Origin: Squalus acanthias
Taxonomy: Eukaryota
Direction: 5' to 3'
NCBI GenBank assembly: GCA_030390025.1
Contig: JASTWF010000033.1
Span: 6,698,001-6,746,723 of the forward strand
DNA: 48,723 nt
Shown in pieces: positions 1 to 11,060 of the stretch (its first letter is position 1; each line of letters opens with the position of its first letter). A model generated the notes under the pieces. It had not been told where the DNA came from. It searched no databases and saw only the letters and a program-made list of their open reading frames with translations. Made by a program: the position numbers and the translations under genes.

Positions 1-519
1 ATGAGACTGAACGCCTGCAGGACTGACATGGATGGAATGGAAATCGAGAATATTCACAGTGGCAGAATCCATATCGTCAGTTTTACACTCCCCAAAATAT
101 GAAACTGCCAGCGCCTACTTCCAACAGCACTCACAAAGAGAAGGGAGAAATGAACGTTCCAGGTGCTATACAGAGATGGTTGGTGTAAGACATGGAAACC
201 GCACACTCGTTCAGTGAGGTTAATAGAAAATTTTCTTTTTTACATACAATGCTCTGCATATTCCTCACAGACACCAACAGCTAAACCCTCACTGCTGTAC
301 ATTGTTTGGATTCGGTTGTACAGCATTATGTTTACCCATATGCGGCTGCAACCGTGATTAGTAACCTGTTAGTTCAATTCATTTCGTATAGGGAGCCAAC
401 AGAAAACCTCACAACCCACTGGAACAATGCTGCTTTTAGAATGTTGCCGTTCTGCCTTTCAGGGTCATCGAGACACCTTCAAAACCTGCGGTGAGGACTC
501 CAAAATCTCACAACTCAAG

Positions 520-630
520 ATATCCTGATCTCCTCTCCAGCCCACCTAATATCCACAGCTCCTCCCCTCCCCATCTAATATACTCAGGCCCACCCCGCCC
601 CAACAAGTATCTTCAGCTCATCCACATCCT
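520..630 (-). repeat. Degenerate relic (3-4 units) of the 29-bp G-rich minisatellite, inverted relative to 44125-45500
   Basis: CCACCTAATATCCACAGCTCCTCCCCTCCCCATCTAATATACTCAG matches the reverse complement of the unit AGGAGCTGAGGATATTAGGTGGGGTGGGG. Confidence 0.75.
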
Positions 631-975
631 TTAATGTACACGGTGCATGTTAACATGTATGTAGTCGAAGTAAGGGCGACTATATGTCCCTTGGTTGCTT
701 AAGCTACAATGTGCATGTTAACGGGTCTCTATGATTAGTAAGGGCGAATGCACGTGTCCTGTTTGTTTAAGGTACCAGGTGCATGTTTATAGGTTTATTG
801 GACATGTAAAGGCGACTGTTCGCCCCCTAGTGGTTTAAGCTACAGGTGCATCTTAATAGGTGAGGAGAGTGAGTAAAGGTGAGTGTGCTGCCCTCTGGTG
901 GTTTAATGTACACTATACATTTTACAAGGTCTGTAGCGTAAGTCAGGGTGCGTGTCCGCCCCCTGGTGGTTAATG
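631..975. repeat. ~68-bp degenerate tandem repeat, ~5 units
   Basis: GTGCAT recurs at 643, 711, 779 and 846; GTAA(G/A)GG(C/T)GA and TTAAG/TTAATG recur at the same period. Confidence 0.85.
819..970 (-). promoter_or_regulatory. Three co-oriented CTCF-consensus motifs spaced exactly 68 bp apart
   Basis: Minus-strand reads CCACTAGGGGGCG, CCACCAGAGGGCAGC and CCACCAGGGGGCG; their plus-strand TGG ends fall at 833, 901 and 969. Confidence 0.65.
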
Positions 976-2047
976 TGGAAGTTGCGGCGCTGTCTCATGC
1001 AGCTTCAAATTTTAGTTAGCGAATTAAAGCTTTATGAAACAGTTTACACATAAATATTGCGAACCCGAAGGAAAATAAGAATAATTTTACAGCCAATAAT
1101 TTATTCTACAGTTTGAAGGACTGCCGAACGTGGTTACAGAGTGACTGGGACAACTTTATTAACATGTGTTCCATTGCATCAAATTGTGATGAAGTTTCCT
1201 CTTTTATCACTTTACAGACTATATTTTAAGGATCTCGGTAAAAATCTTCCATGTTTATAATACAGGAGATCTCAGTGAGAATCTGTTCAGAGTAACATGG
1301 TCCAGGTTGGGTGAAGACAAATAGAGAAGCTTTTACAGAAGGCGCTGGTTGGGAATCCGGGGAATGCAAGTCTCTGCTAGAAACAAAAGCATCGTGTTGG
1401 TAACAAAACACAGCTGCCCAAAGACTCAGAGACTTGTAATGGAAAAAAAAAACAGCAGCCCAGAGAGTAGCGCTCAAACATCTGATTGTTGCACCGACAC
1501 GTTACAGGCACAACGTTCTGCGGCACTCTGTCACAGTAATATCTTGATTCCTAGGAATAGGCAGTAATGCGGTGTCTAAGGCGGCAATCGCAGCTTTCAA
1601 CCAGCGCCTCGATCAATCCGGGAGTTGGGGAACAGTGAAAAACTGATTCGCAAAAATCTTTTTAGATTTTGAGTGTGCACATAATTGTACAAAGAAAGAT
1701 ACATTTTACAGGTGTTTTGATGTATTGCATTTTATTCATAGTTAGCCACAAATGTGAATTATTACTAAAGAGGCCCTGGGTGGAGGGAGCACACAGAGCC
1801 AGGAATGAACCATTGAGGATACTGCACATTTCTCCACCACTTTGTTCACAGACATACTCACCTTGGACTCTCCCACACCTGGGGGTCTGGATCAAGGTGG
1901 GGGAAGCAGGCACCAGGTTAGGTGAGGTGCTGTGGACTGCGAGGAGGTGGGTTTGACAGTCAGGCCTTGGCTATGTCAGGGGAGGCAGAGCGAGTGGTCT
2001 GTCTTTCTGCTCCTGGGCTATGCTACTGCTGGCATGTTGGTACGTGT

Positions 2048-2295
2048 CTCTGTACGTTTAAACTCTCTGTCTGTGTCTCACTCACCAGGTAATGAAGGTG
2101 TATTGCAGGTCAGTGTGACTGTCTTTGTAACTTTAAACTCTGTGTCCGTTTCTCACTGTGCAGGTAATGAAAGTATATTTTAGGACGGTGTAACTGTGTC
2201 TGTACGTTTAAACTCTCGGTCTCACTCTTCAGGTAATGAAGGTGTATTGCAGAACGGTGTGACTGTATCTGTAACTTTATACTCTCGGTCTTACA
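2048..2295. repeat. 69-75-bp tandem repeat, ~3.5 units
   Basis: CAGGTAATGAA at 2086, 2161 and 2230, each preceded by TTTAAACTCT. Confidence 0.85.
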
Positions 2296-2302
2296 GTCCA
2301 CC

Positions 2303-4556
2303 GAATCATAGAAATTTACAGCACAGATTTAGGCCATTGGGTCCATCTTGTCCGTGCCGGCCGACAAAGAGATATCCACCCTAATCCCACTTTCCAGCAC
2401 TTGCCCCGTAGCCTGAAAGGCTATGGCACTTCCAGTGCGTATCCAAGTACTTTTTTAAATGTCATGATGGTCTCAGCCTCTACCACCCTTTCAGGCAATG
2501 AGTTACAGACCACCACCACCCTCTGGGTAAAAAGAAATCTCCTCAGGTCCCCCCTAAACCTCCGAACAATTACTTTAAATCTATGCCCCCTGGTTATTGA
2601 CCTTTCCGCTAAGGGAAATAGGACCTTTCTATCCACTCTATCTAGGCTCCTCATTACTTTATACACCTCAATTAGGTCCCCCCTCAAACTCCTCTGTTCC
2701 AAAGAAAACAACCCCAGCCTATCCAATCTTTCATCATTGCCAAAATTCCCCAGCCCAGGCAACTACATCGTACGTGTTCTCTGAACATTCTCTGGTGCAA
2801 TCACATCCTTCCTTTAATGTGGTGACCAGAACTGCACGCAGTGTTGTAGCTGCGGCCTAACTAGTGTTTTATAAAGTTCAAGCATAACTTCCCTGCTCTT
2901 ATATTCTATGCCTAGTCTAATAAAGGCACGAGTCCCGTATGCCTTCTTAACCACCTTATCTAACTGTTCTGCTACCTTCAGAGATCTGCGGACATGCACT
3001 CCGTCTGATCTTGTGCACTTCTCAGTGTCCTACCATTTATAATGTATTTCCTTGCCTTGTTAGCCCTCCCCAAAGCATTACCTCAATCTTCTCCAGGTTG
3101 AATTCCATTTGCCACTGTTCCGCCCAATTGACCAGTCCATTTTATCTTCCTGCAGTAAGCAGCTTTCTGCTTCATGATCAACCACACGGCCTATTTTTGT
3201 ATCATCTGCAACTTCTAAATCGTACTTCCTACATTCAAGTCAAAATCATTGATATATACCACAAAAAGCAAGGGACCCAATACTGAGCCCTGCGGAACCA
3301 CACTGGAAACAGCCTTCCAGTCACAAAAAATACCTTCGACCATTACCCTTTGTTTCCTGCCTCTGAGCCAATTTTGGATCCACCTTGTCTCTTTGCCTTG
3401 GATCACATGGGCTTTTACTTTCGTGAAGAGTCTGCCATGTGGAACCTTATCAAAAGCCTTGCTAAAATCCAAATAGACTATTTCAAACGCAGTACCCTCA
3501 TTGACCCTCCTTGTTACCTCCTCAAAAATTTGAATCAAGTTAGCCAGACACGACCTTCCCTTAACAAATCCACGCTAACAGTCCCTGATTATTCAGTGCC
3601 TTTCTAAATGAAGATTTATCCTGTCCCTCAGAATTTTTTCCAATAGTTTTCCCACCACCGACGTTAGGCTGACTGGCCTGTAATTATTCGGTCTATGCCT
3701 TTCTCCCTTTTGAAACAAAGTTACCACGTTAGCATTCATCCAGTCCTCTTGCTCCACACCTGTAGCCAGAGCGGTTTGTAAAATTATGGTCAGAGCCTCT
3801 GCTATTTCCTCTCTTACTTCTTTTAACAGTCATGGATAGATTTCATCCGGTCTTGGAGATTATCCACATTCAAGTTGCTAAGCGCCTTAATATTTTATCT
3901 TTTATTATGTTTATTTCATCAATATTTCACACTTCTCCTCCCTGATTGCAATGTGTGCATCGTCCCACTCTTTTGTGATAACAGATGCAAAGTATTCATT
4001 AAGAACCATACCCATGTCTTCCGTTTCCACACACAGGTTACCTTCATGGTCCCTAATAGGCCCTACACTTACTTTAATTATCCTCTTTCTCTTAATGTAT
4101 TTATAAAAGATCTTTGGGTTTTCGTTGATGTTACTTGCAAATATGTTTCCATGCCCTCTCTTTGCTTTCCTAATTTCCTTTTTAAATTCATCCGTGCCCT
4201 TTCTGTACTCCTGTAGGCTTTTAGTAGTATTGAGTCCTCGGTATCTGTCATAAGATTTCCTTTTTTTCTTTATCCTACCCTGTACGCCCCTTGACATCCA
4301 GAGAACTCTAGATTTGTTAGCCCCACCCTTTTTCTTTAAGGGACAAGACTTGCTCCGTCCCCTCACTATCTCGTCCTTGAATGCCTCCCACTGCCCTGAC
4401 ACTGATTTTCCTTCAACTATCTGTCTTCAGTCCACTTTGGCTAAATCATCTCTCAGCTTTGTAAAAATAGCTTTTCCGCAATTCAGAAATTTTATTTCTG
4501 GTAAGTCCTTGTCCTTTTCCATAACTACCCTAAATCTAACAGCATTAATATCACTA
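2303..4556 (-). mobile_element. CR1 LINE, 3' half of ORF2 (linker, RT, C-terminus, 3' tail); decayed; continues at 7118
   Basis: ORFs contain YLDFSKAFDKVPH, VPQGSVLGPLLFVVYIND, LVRPQLQHCVQFWSP and RRLRGDLIEVYK-like motifs; CR1-type tail (GAATCATAGAA on +) at 2303. Confidence 0.93.
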
Positions 4557-7117
4557 GAGTCATGGCAGGGCAGCTCAGTCCCGTGATTTGCACATCCTGT
4601 GCCATGTGGGATGTCCTGGACGCTTCTTGCGGCCTGCGCGTCCACGTGTGCAGGAAGTGTCGCCAACTGCAGTAACTCGAGCACCGGGTTTCGGTGCTTG
4701 AGCGGCAGCTGGAGTCACTACAGTGCATCCGCGAGGCGGAGAAATACTTGGAAAGCACGTTTACAGAAGTGGTCATCCTGCAGCCGCAGAATATGCAGTC
4801 AGAGAGGGAAATGGTGACGGCGAGACAGATAAGGAGGAGAAGGCTGGTCGTGCAGGAATACCCAGAGTGCATCTCGCTCGCTAACCGGTTCTGGAAACTG
4901 GTGGGGGTGTGGCTTCTCTGGGGAGAGCAGCCAGAGCCAAGGCCAAGGCACCACGGGTGGATCAGCTGCATGCGGGGGGGGGGGGGGGGGGTGGAGGAGG
5001 AAGAGTGGAAGAGCAATAGTGATATGTGTTTCATTGGTTAGGGGAACAGATAGGCATTTCTGTGAACGCAGACGTGACTCCAGGATGGCATGCTGCCTCA
5101 CGGTGCCAGGATCAATGATGTCACTGAGCGGCTGCAGGACACTCTGAGGGGGCGGGTGGGGTGGGGGGGGGGTGTCGGGGTTGAACAGCCAGATGTCGTT
5201 TTCCATATCGGTACCAGCGACATAGGCAGAAAGTGGAATGAGGTCCTGCAGGCAGACTATAGGGAGCTAGGAGAGAGATTAAAAAGCAGGACCTCAATGT
5301 AGTAATCTCTGGTTTAATCCCGGTGACACGTGCTAGTGAGTACAGGAATAGCAGGGTAGAACAGATGAAAGCGTGGCTGGAGAGGTGATGCAGAAGGGAG
5401 GGCTTTATATTCCTGAGGCATTTGGACCATTTCTGGGGAAGGTGGGACCTGTACAATTCGGACGGGTTACTCCTCAACAGAGCCGGGACCAATATTCTTG
5501 CGGGGAGGTTTACTAGTGCTGTTGTGGAGGGTTTAATCTAGTTTGGCAGGTTGATGTGCACCAGCATATAGGAGTGGAAAAGAGGAATAAAATGCATACA
5601 AGAATGAGTGTATTGGATAGTAATAGTGAAGGTTATATTTCTATAGGCAGAAGAGGTACTATATTCAATTGAAGCAGACTAAGAATGACTACGAAAAATC
5701 CAAAAATGTGTTTAGAATGCATGTGTGTAAACGCAAAAAGTGTGATGAATAATGTGGGTGAGCTACAAGCACAATTAGCCGTGTGGCAATATGATGTTTT
5801 GGCAATAACGGAAACGTGGTATAAAAACGGTGCGGAATGGGCAATTAATATTAAAGGGTACAAGGTTTTCAAAAAAGATAGGGAAGGAAAAAAGGGAGGT
5901 GGGGTGGTAGTGCTGATTCGCGAAGACATTGCAGTGTTGGAAATGAAGTTTGTTCTTGAGGGGACAATGACAGAATCCATTTGGTTAGATTTGAGGAGTA
6001 AAAAGGGTATGATCACTCTATTGCGATATTCTACAGGCCTCCAAATAGTGAAAGTTAGTTGGAGGAGCAAATCTGCAGAGAAATCGCAGAGATATGCAAG
6101 AGCTCTAGAGTGGTGATATTGGGGGACATTAATTACCCAAATATCGATTGGGTAATGCTAGTATAAAGGGGAGGAGAGGGAGGAACTTCTGAAAGGTGTT
6201 CAGGAGAATGTCCTTGACCAGTATGTTCTTCACCCAACTAGGCAAGAGCCATTGCTGGATCTGGTGCTGGGGAATGAGGTGTGCTCGGTCGACAAGTTAC
6301 AGATGGAATTTAATGCAGAGAATTGTGAAATGATGCATTTTGGCAGAAGGAACAGGGAGGCAAAATACACTTAATGGCACAGTTTGAAAGAGTGTGGAGG
6401 GACAGAGGGACCTGGGAGTTAATCTAAATAGGTCCCTGAAGGTAGCGGGATATATTGCGAGAGTCGTCAGCAAACTATATGGGACGCTGGGCTTCATAAA
6501 TAGAGGTATTGAGTACAAAAGTAGTGAAGTTATGCTGAACCTTTATAAAGCGCTGGTTAGGCCACAACTGGAGAATTGTGTCCAGTTCTGGTCAACACAC
6601 TTTAGGAAGGATGTGAAGGCACTTGAGAGGGTGCACAGGAGATTTTCCAGAATGGTTCCGCGGATGGGGCATCTTAGCTACAAGGACAGGTGGGAGAAGC
6701 TGAATTTGTTATCATTAGAGCAAAGTTGGTTGAGATTTGATTTGATACATATGTACAAAATTATGACGGGTTTGCATAGACTAGGCGGGGAAAGGTTGTT
6801 CCCGTTAATTGATGGTACAAGGACTGAGGGCCACAGATTTAAGGTTTTGGGCAAGAGATACAGTGGGGCTGCGAGGAAAACTTTTTTACGCAGCGAGTGG
6901 TGAGGACCTGGAAGTCGCTGCCGACGGAAGTGGTGGAAGCCGAGAAACGCAATGTTTTCAAGGGAAGACTTTATAAGCACTTGAGGGAATTAAACTTGCA
7001 GGGCTACGTGGATATAGCGGAGGAATGGGTCTGACTGGATTGCTCTAAAGAGTGCTGGCACGGGCTCGATTGGCCGAATGGACTCCTTCTGTGCCGTTAT
7101 GAGTCTATGACTCTATG
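4557..7117 (+). mobile_element. CR1 LINE inserted antisense into another CR1: ORF1 (Cys zinc finger, coiled coil, SGNH esterase), APE endonuclease, RT core deleted, C-terminus and tail
   Basis: MAGQLSPVICTSCAMW at 4562; FHIGTSDIG esterase block; NAKSV..AITETW APE motif; jump at ~6290 from LDLVLGNE to QMEFN..CE.MHFG; (CTATGACT)n tail; flanked by ACTA at 4553-4556 and 7118-7121. Confidence 0.92.
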
Positions 7118-9050
7118 ACTACCACCAATAGGATCTCCCACTGATATAATTTCCACCTGCCCAGCTTCATTCCCTAAAACTAGATCCAGATCCGCTCCCT
7201 CTCTTGGTGGGCTTGCTAAGTACTGGATAATAATGTTCTCCTGAATGGATTCTAAGAATTCTGCTATACCGTTCACAGTAATCGTATCCCAGTTAATATT
7301 AGTGAAGTTGAAATCCTCTGCTGTTACTGCCCTATGTTTGCACGTTTCAGAAATGAGCCTACATATTGGCTCTTCTATCTCCCTGTGACTGTTCAGAGGT
7401 CTATAGTACATTCCCAGTAGTGTGATTGCCACTTTTTTGCTTTTCAGTTCAACCCATATGGCCTCACTTGATGATCCTTCTAAGATATCCTTCCTCTTCA
7501 CCTCTGTAATTGATTCTTTAATCAACATTGCGAAACCCCTGCTTTTTTGTCCCCCTCTCTATCTCGTCTGAAAACTCTGTTACCAAGAATGTTGAGCTAC
7601 CATTCCTGCCCTTCTTTCAGCCATGTCTCAGCAATAACTATAATATCATACTCCCACCTGTCTATCTGTGTCCGCAGCTCAGCTACTTTATTCCCTAGAC
7701 TGTTTACATTGACGTACATGACATTTAGCACTGCCAAACTCCCTTGTTGTCTATTATCTAGCCTATGCCTCCTCTGCCTTACAAACTCGCTTATTAATTT
7801 CCTGCCTTCTATTTCCAGCTTTGCTTCTCTCCCTTCTGAATCCACTCTCAGGTTCCCATCCCCCTGTCAAGCTAATTTAAACCCTCCACAACTGCACGAG
7901 CAAACCCCCTACCCCCGTGAGGATATTGGTTCCAGTCCTGTTGAGCTGCAACCCGTCCGGCTGTACAGGTCCCACCACCCCCAGAAACGGTCCCAATGCC
8001 TCAGGGACCTGAAGCCCTCCCACCTGAACCATCTCGCCAGCCACGCATTCATCTGCTCTCTCCTCCTGTTTCTGTACTCACTAGCAAGTGTCACCAGGAG
8101 TAATCCGGAGATTAATACCATTGAGATCCTGCATTTTAATCTCTTTCCCAGCTCCCTAAAATCTGCCTGCAGGACCTCATCCCTCTTACTAACTATTTCG
8201 TTGGATCAGATGTGGACCACGATCTCTGACCGTTCACCCTCCCTCTTCAGAGTGTCCTGCAGCCGCTCAGTTACATCCTTCAACCTGTCAACAGGGAGGC
8301 AACATAACATCCAGGAGTCACGTCTGTGGCAACAGAAAAACTTGGCTATTCCCCTAACTAGCGAATCCACTAGCATTTTTGCTCTCTACTCTTCTTCCTT
8401 CCCGCCTGTGCAGCTGACGTGGACTTGGCTGTGGCTGCACTCCCCAGAGTAACCATCACCCTCACCAATATCCTGAACTGAATACTGATTAGCGAGTGAG
8501 ATACACTCAGGGGATTCCTGCCCAACCTGCCTGGTCCTCCTCTTCTGTCTAACGGTCACCCATTCCCTCTCCATCTGCACACTCTTAACTTTGGGGTGAC
8601 CACCTCCTGAAACCTGCTATCCACGTAACTCTCAGCCTCACGGATGCACTGCAGTGACACCAGCCCCCGTTCAAGTTCTGAAACCCGGAGCTCGAGCTGC
8701 TGTAGCTGGCGACACTTCCCGCACCTGTGGTCGTCCAGTCTACGTGAAGCGTCCAGGATTTCCCACATAGCACAGGATGTGCAGTCCACGGGGCTGAGCT
8801 GCCCTGGTCTGCCTCTATATAATATATTTGAACTACCTTGACAGAAATAAGCTTAAAAACTTAACCAAAACACTCACCAGCAACTCAGCAATGAGCGCTC
8901 TCCCTCTAGTAATGGGCTATGAACTACTCAGCAGAAATACACTTAAAACTGAACAAAAAACTAAACAGAAAATACCCACCAGCTACTCACCAATCAGCTC
9001 CACTCTGAGGACGTCACTTCTGAATTCTGACATCACTCCTGTGCTAAGTT
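7118..9050 (-). mobile_element. CR1 LINE, 5' half (5'UTR, ORF1, APE); partner of 2303-4556
   Basis: DCTSCAMWE...CGKC ORF1; DRFWGWWDLY esterase region; YVNVNSLGNK, IAETWL and LDLVLGNEAGQV APE motifs; the frame rejoins 4556 as GGSDINAVRF. Confidence 0.92.
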
Positions 9051-9060
9051 CCTCTTTCAG

Positions 9061-9390
9061 GCTCTGTGCCTCTCACAGGTCCGCCGCTCAGCTCCGGACA
9101 CAGGCCTCCTCCCCGCGCTCCTTTTATCCTCCTCTCTCCGGCGCTGTGCCTCGCGCAGATCCGCCGCTCAGCTCCGGACACAGGCCTCCTCTCCACGCTC
9201 ATTTTATCCTCCTTGCGCTGACTCTGTGCCTCTCGCAGGTCCGCCGCTCAGCTCCGGACACAGGCCTCCTCTCCGGGCTCCTTTTATCCTCCTTGCGCTG
9301 ACTCTGTGCCTCTCGCAGGTCCGCCATCATTTCCGGACACAGGCCTCCTCTCCGCGCTCCTTTTATCCTCCTCTCGCAGACTCTGTGCCA
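9061..9390. repeat. 80-bp GC-rich tandem repeat (4 units) at the 5' end of the minus-strand CR1
   Basis: TCCGGACACAGGCCTCCT recurs at 9093, 9173, 9253 and 9332. Confidence 0.92.
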
Positions 9391-10013
9391 CTTGCATCCT
9401 TTGTAAAGTAGAGTTCCGAAAAGTTGCCTCAGTGGATGAAATTTCCAACTTGCCATCAGGAATCAAACTGCCATTGCAGATCTCCCGTTATAGAAACCGC
9501 CCGATTTTCCTCGCGACTTATTTCAACTGCCCGCTGCGGGTGGTTTATCTGAAAGCCGTGGCTGCACCGATTGCAAGTTTCCACCTTGATTTCATTTCGT
9601 TTCATTTCATCCTTTCACCTCCCTCCCACCCCCTTATATTCCATTCTAAATATTATTTTACGATTAACAGGCACATACAATGATTTGATTTAGAACATTT
9701 TAAGTAATTTTAAATTTTATTTTGAAACTAATCTAACCAGTCGGTTGGAAAAGTGACGGAATGGGAAGTAACGCTGCTTTAACTCTCCATTGAAATGATT
9801 GGAGTTAATATTGAGCGCTGTATATCCGGCGTTACATTGGATGCCGTGTATTTCCCGCCCTACCAATTCGGTTAAAATTACCCTCAGTCACCACAAAGCG
9901 GCGTGCAGGCGGCTGGATTCGTTTCCTTCCACAGTAATGAAACTTGGAATTGCAGACACAATCCTGATGCTTTCTGCTGGCAGTCTAGTCAATGATTTCC
10001 CTCTTTCTTGCAG

Positions 10014-10398
10014 TTAAAATAATGGTAATTGTGATTCTGTCCCGGGGAAATTGCGATCTCTCCAAATGCATCACTCACTATCTGGTGGCCATGGCTGTCG
10101 TGGATCTACTGGTCGTTCTCACCGGTGTGATATTAACCCGTGTCATTGGCATTTACTTCGCAGTTAGTGCCTTTTCCGTTACTCCGGCCGGCCGTCTGAC
10201 TACGGTATCGTGTATGATTGGAGAAACTTCTCTGTCTGTTTAACAGTCGCATTCACGTTTGATCGATCTGTCGCTAATTATTGGATGAAGCTTAAAACGA
10301 CATATTGCACCGAGAAAACGGCAGCTGCGAATATAGGCACGGTTTTTGTTCTGAGCTGGTTGGACAATACCCCCTTGTAATTTATACTTGAACCTTTC
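10014..10398 (+). pseudogene. Pseudo-exon of a class A GPCR, GPR139/GPR142-like (end of TM1 to TM4); frameshifted, has a stop, truncated by a microsatellite
   Basis: After the acceptor TCTTTCTTGCAG it reads KIMVIVILSRGNCDLSKCITHYLVAMAVVDLLVV; after a frameshift near 10220 it reads [45 protein letters not shown] (DRY-equivalent DR). Confidence 0.85.
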
Positions 10399-10480
<82 letters not shown>

Positions 10481-10524
10481 CACAGAGATAGAGAGACCGA
10501 CAGAGATAGATAGATAGAGAGATC

Positions 10525-10561
<37 letters not shown>

Positions 10562-10577
10562 CAAGAGATAGATAGAT

Positions 10578-10625
<48 letters not shown>

Positions 10626-10756
10626 CAGACAGAGAGACAGACAGATAGATAGATAGTCCGACACAGAGAAAGAGAGAGAGACAGACAGAAAGACCGAGAG
10701 AGAGTCAGAGAGAGAGAGAGAGATAGAGAGAGACAGACAGAGAGAGTGAACAACAT

Positions 10757-10799
<43 letters not shown>

Positions 10800-10864
10800 C
10801 AGACAGAGTGAGAAACAGAGAGAGAGAGAGAGAGAGAGAAACAGAGAGAGAGAGAGAGTGTGAG

Positions 10865-10899
<35 letters not shown>

Positions 10900-11060
10900 G
10901 AGAGAGATAGAGAGATAGAGAGATAGAGAGACAAAGACAGAGAGAGACAGAGAGAGAGTGAGAGACAGAGAGAGAGAGAGAGAGATAGAGACAGACAGAG
11001 AGAGTGAGAAACAGAGAGAGAGAGAGAGGGAGGAAGAGAGACAGATAGACAGATAGATGA
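10399..11060 (+). repeat. Compound microsatellite (GATA)n / (GACA)n / (GA)n
   Basis: Directly visible. Confidence 0.98.

Noticed and set aside
2303..6290. Twin-priming 5' inversion of a single CR1 (head-to-head halves at 4556)
   Set aside because: The minus half rejoins 7118-9050 in frame with an ACTA duplication, so a nested insertion explains it better
7547..8452. 301-aa plus-strand ORF
   Set aside because: Antisense shadow of CR1 ORF1/APE
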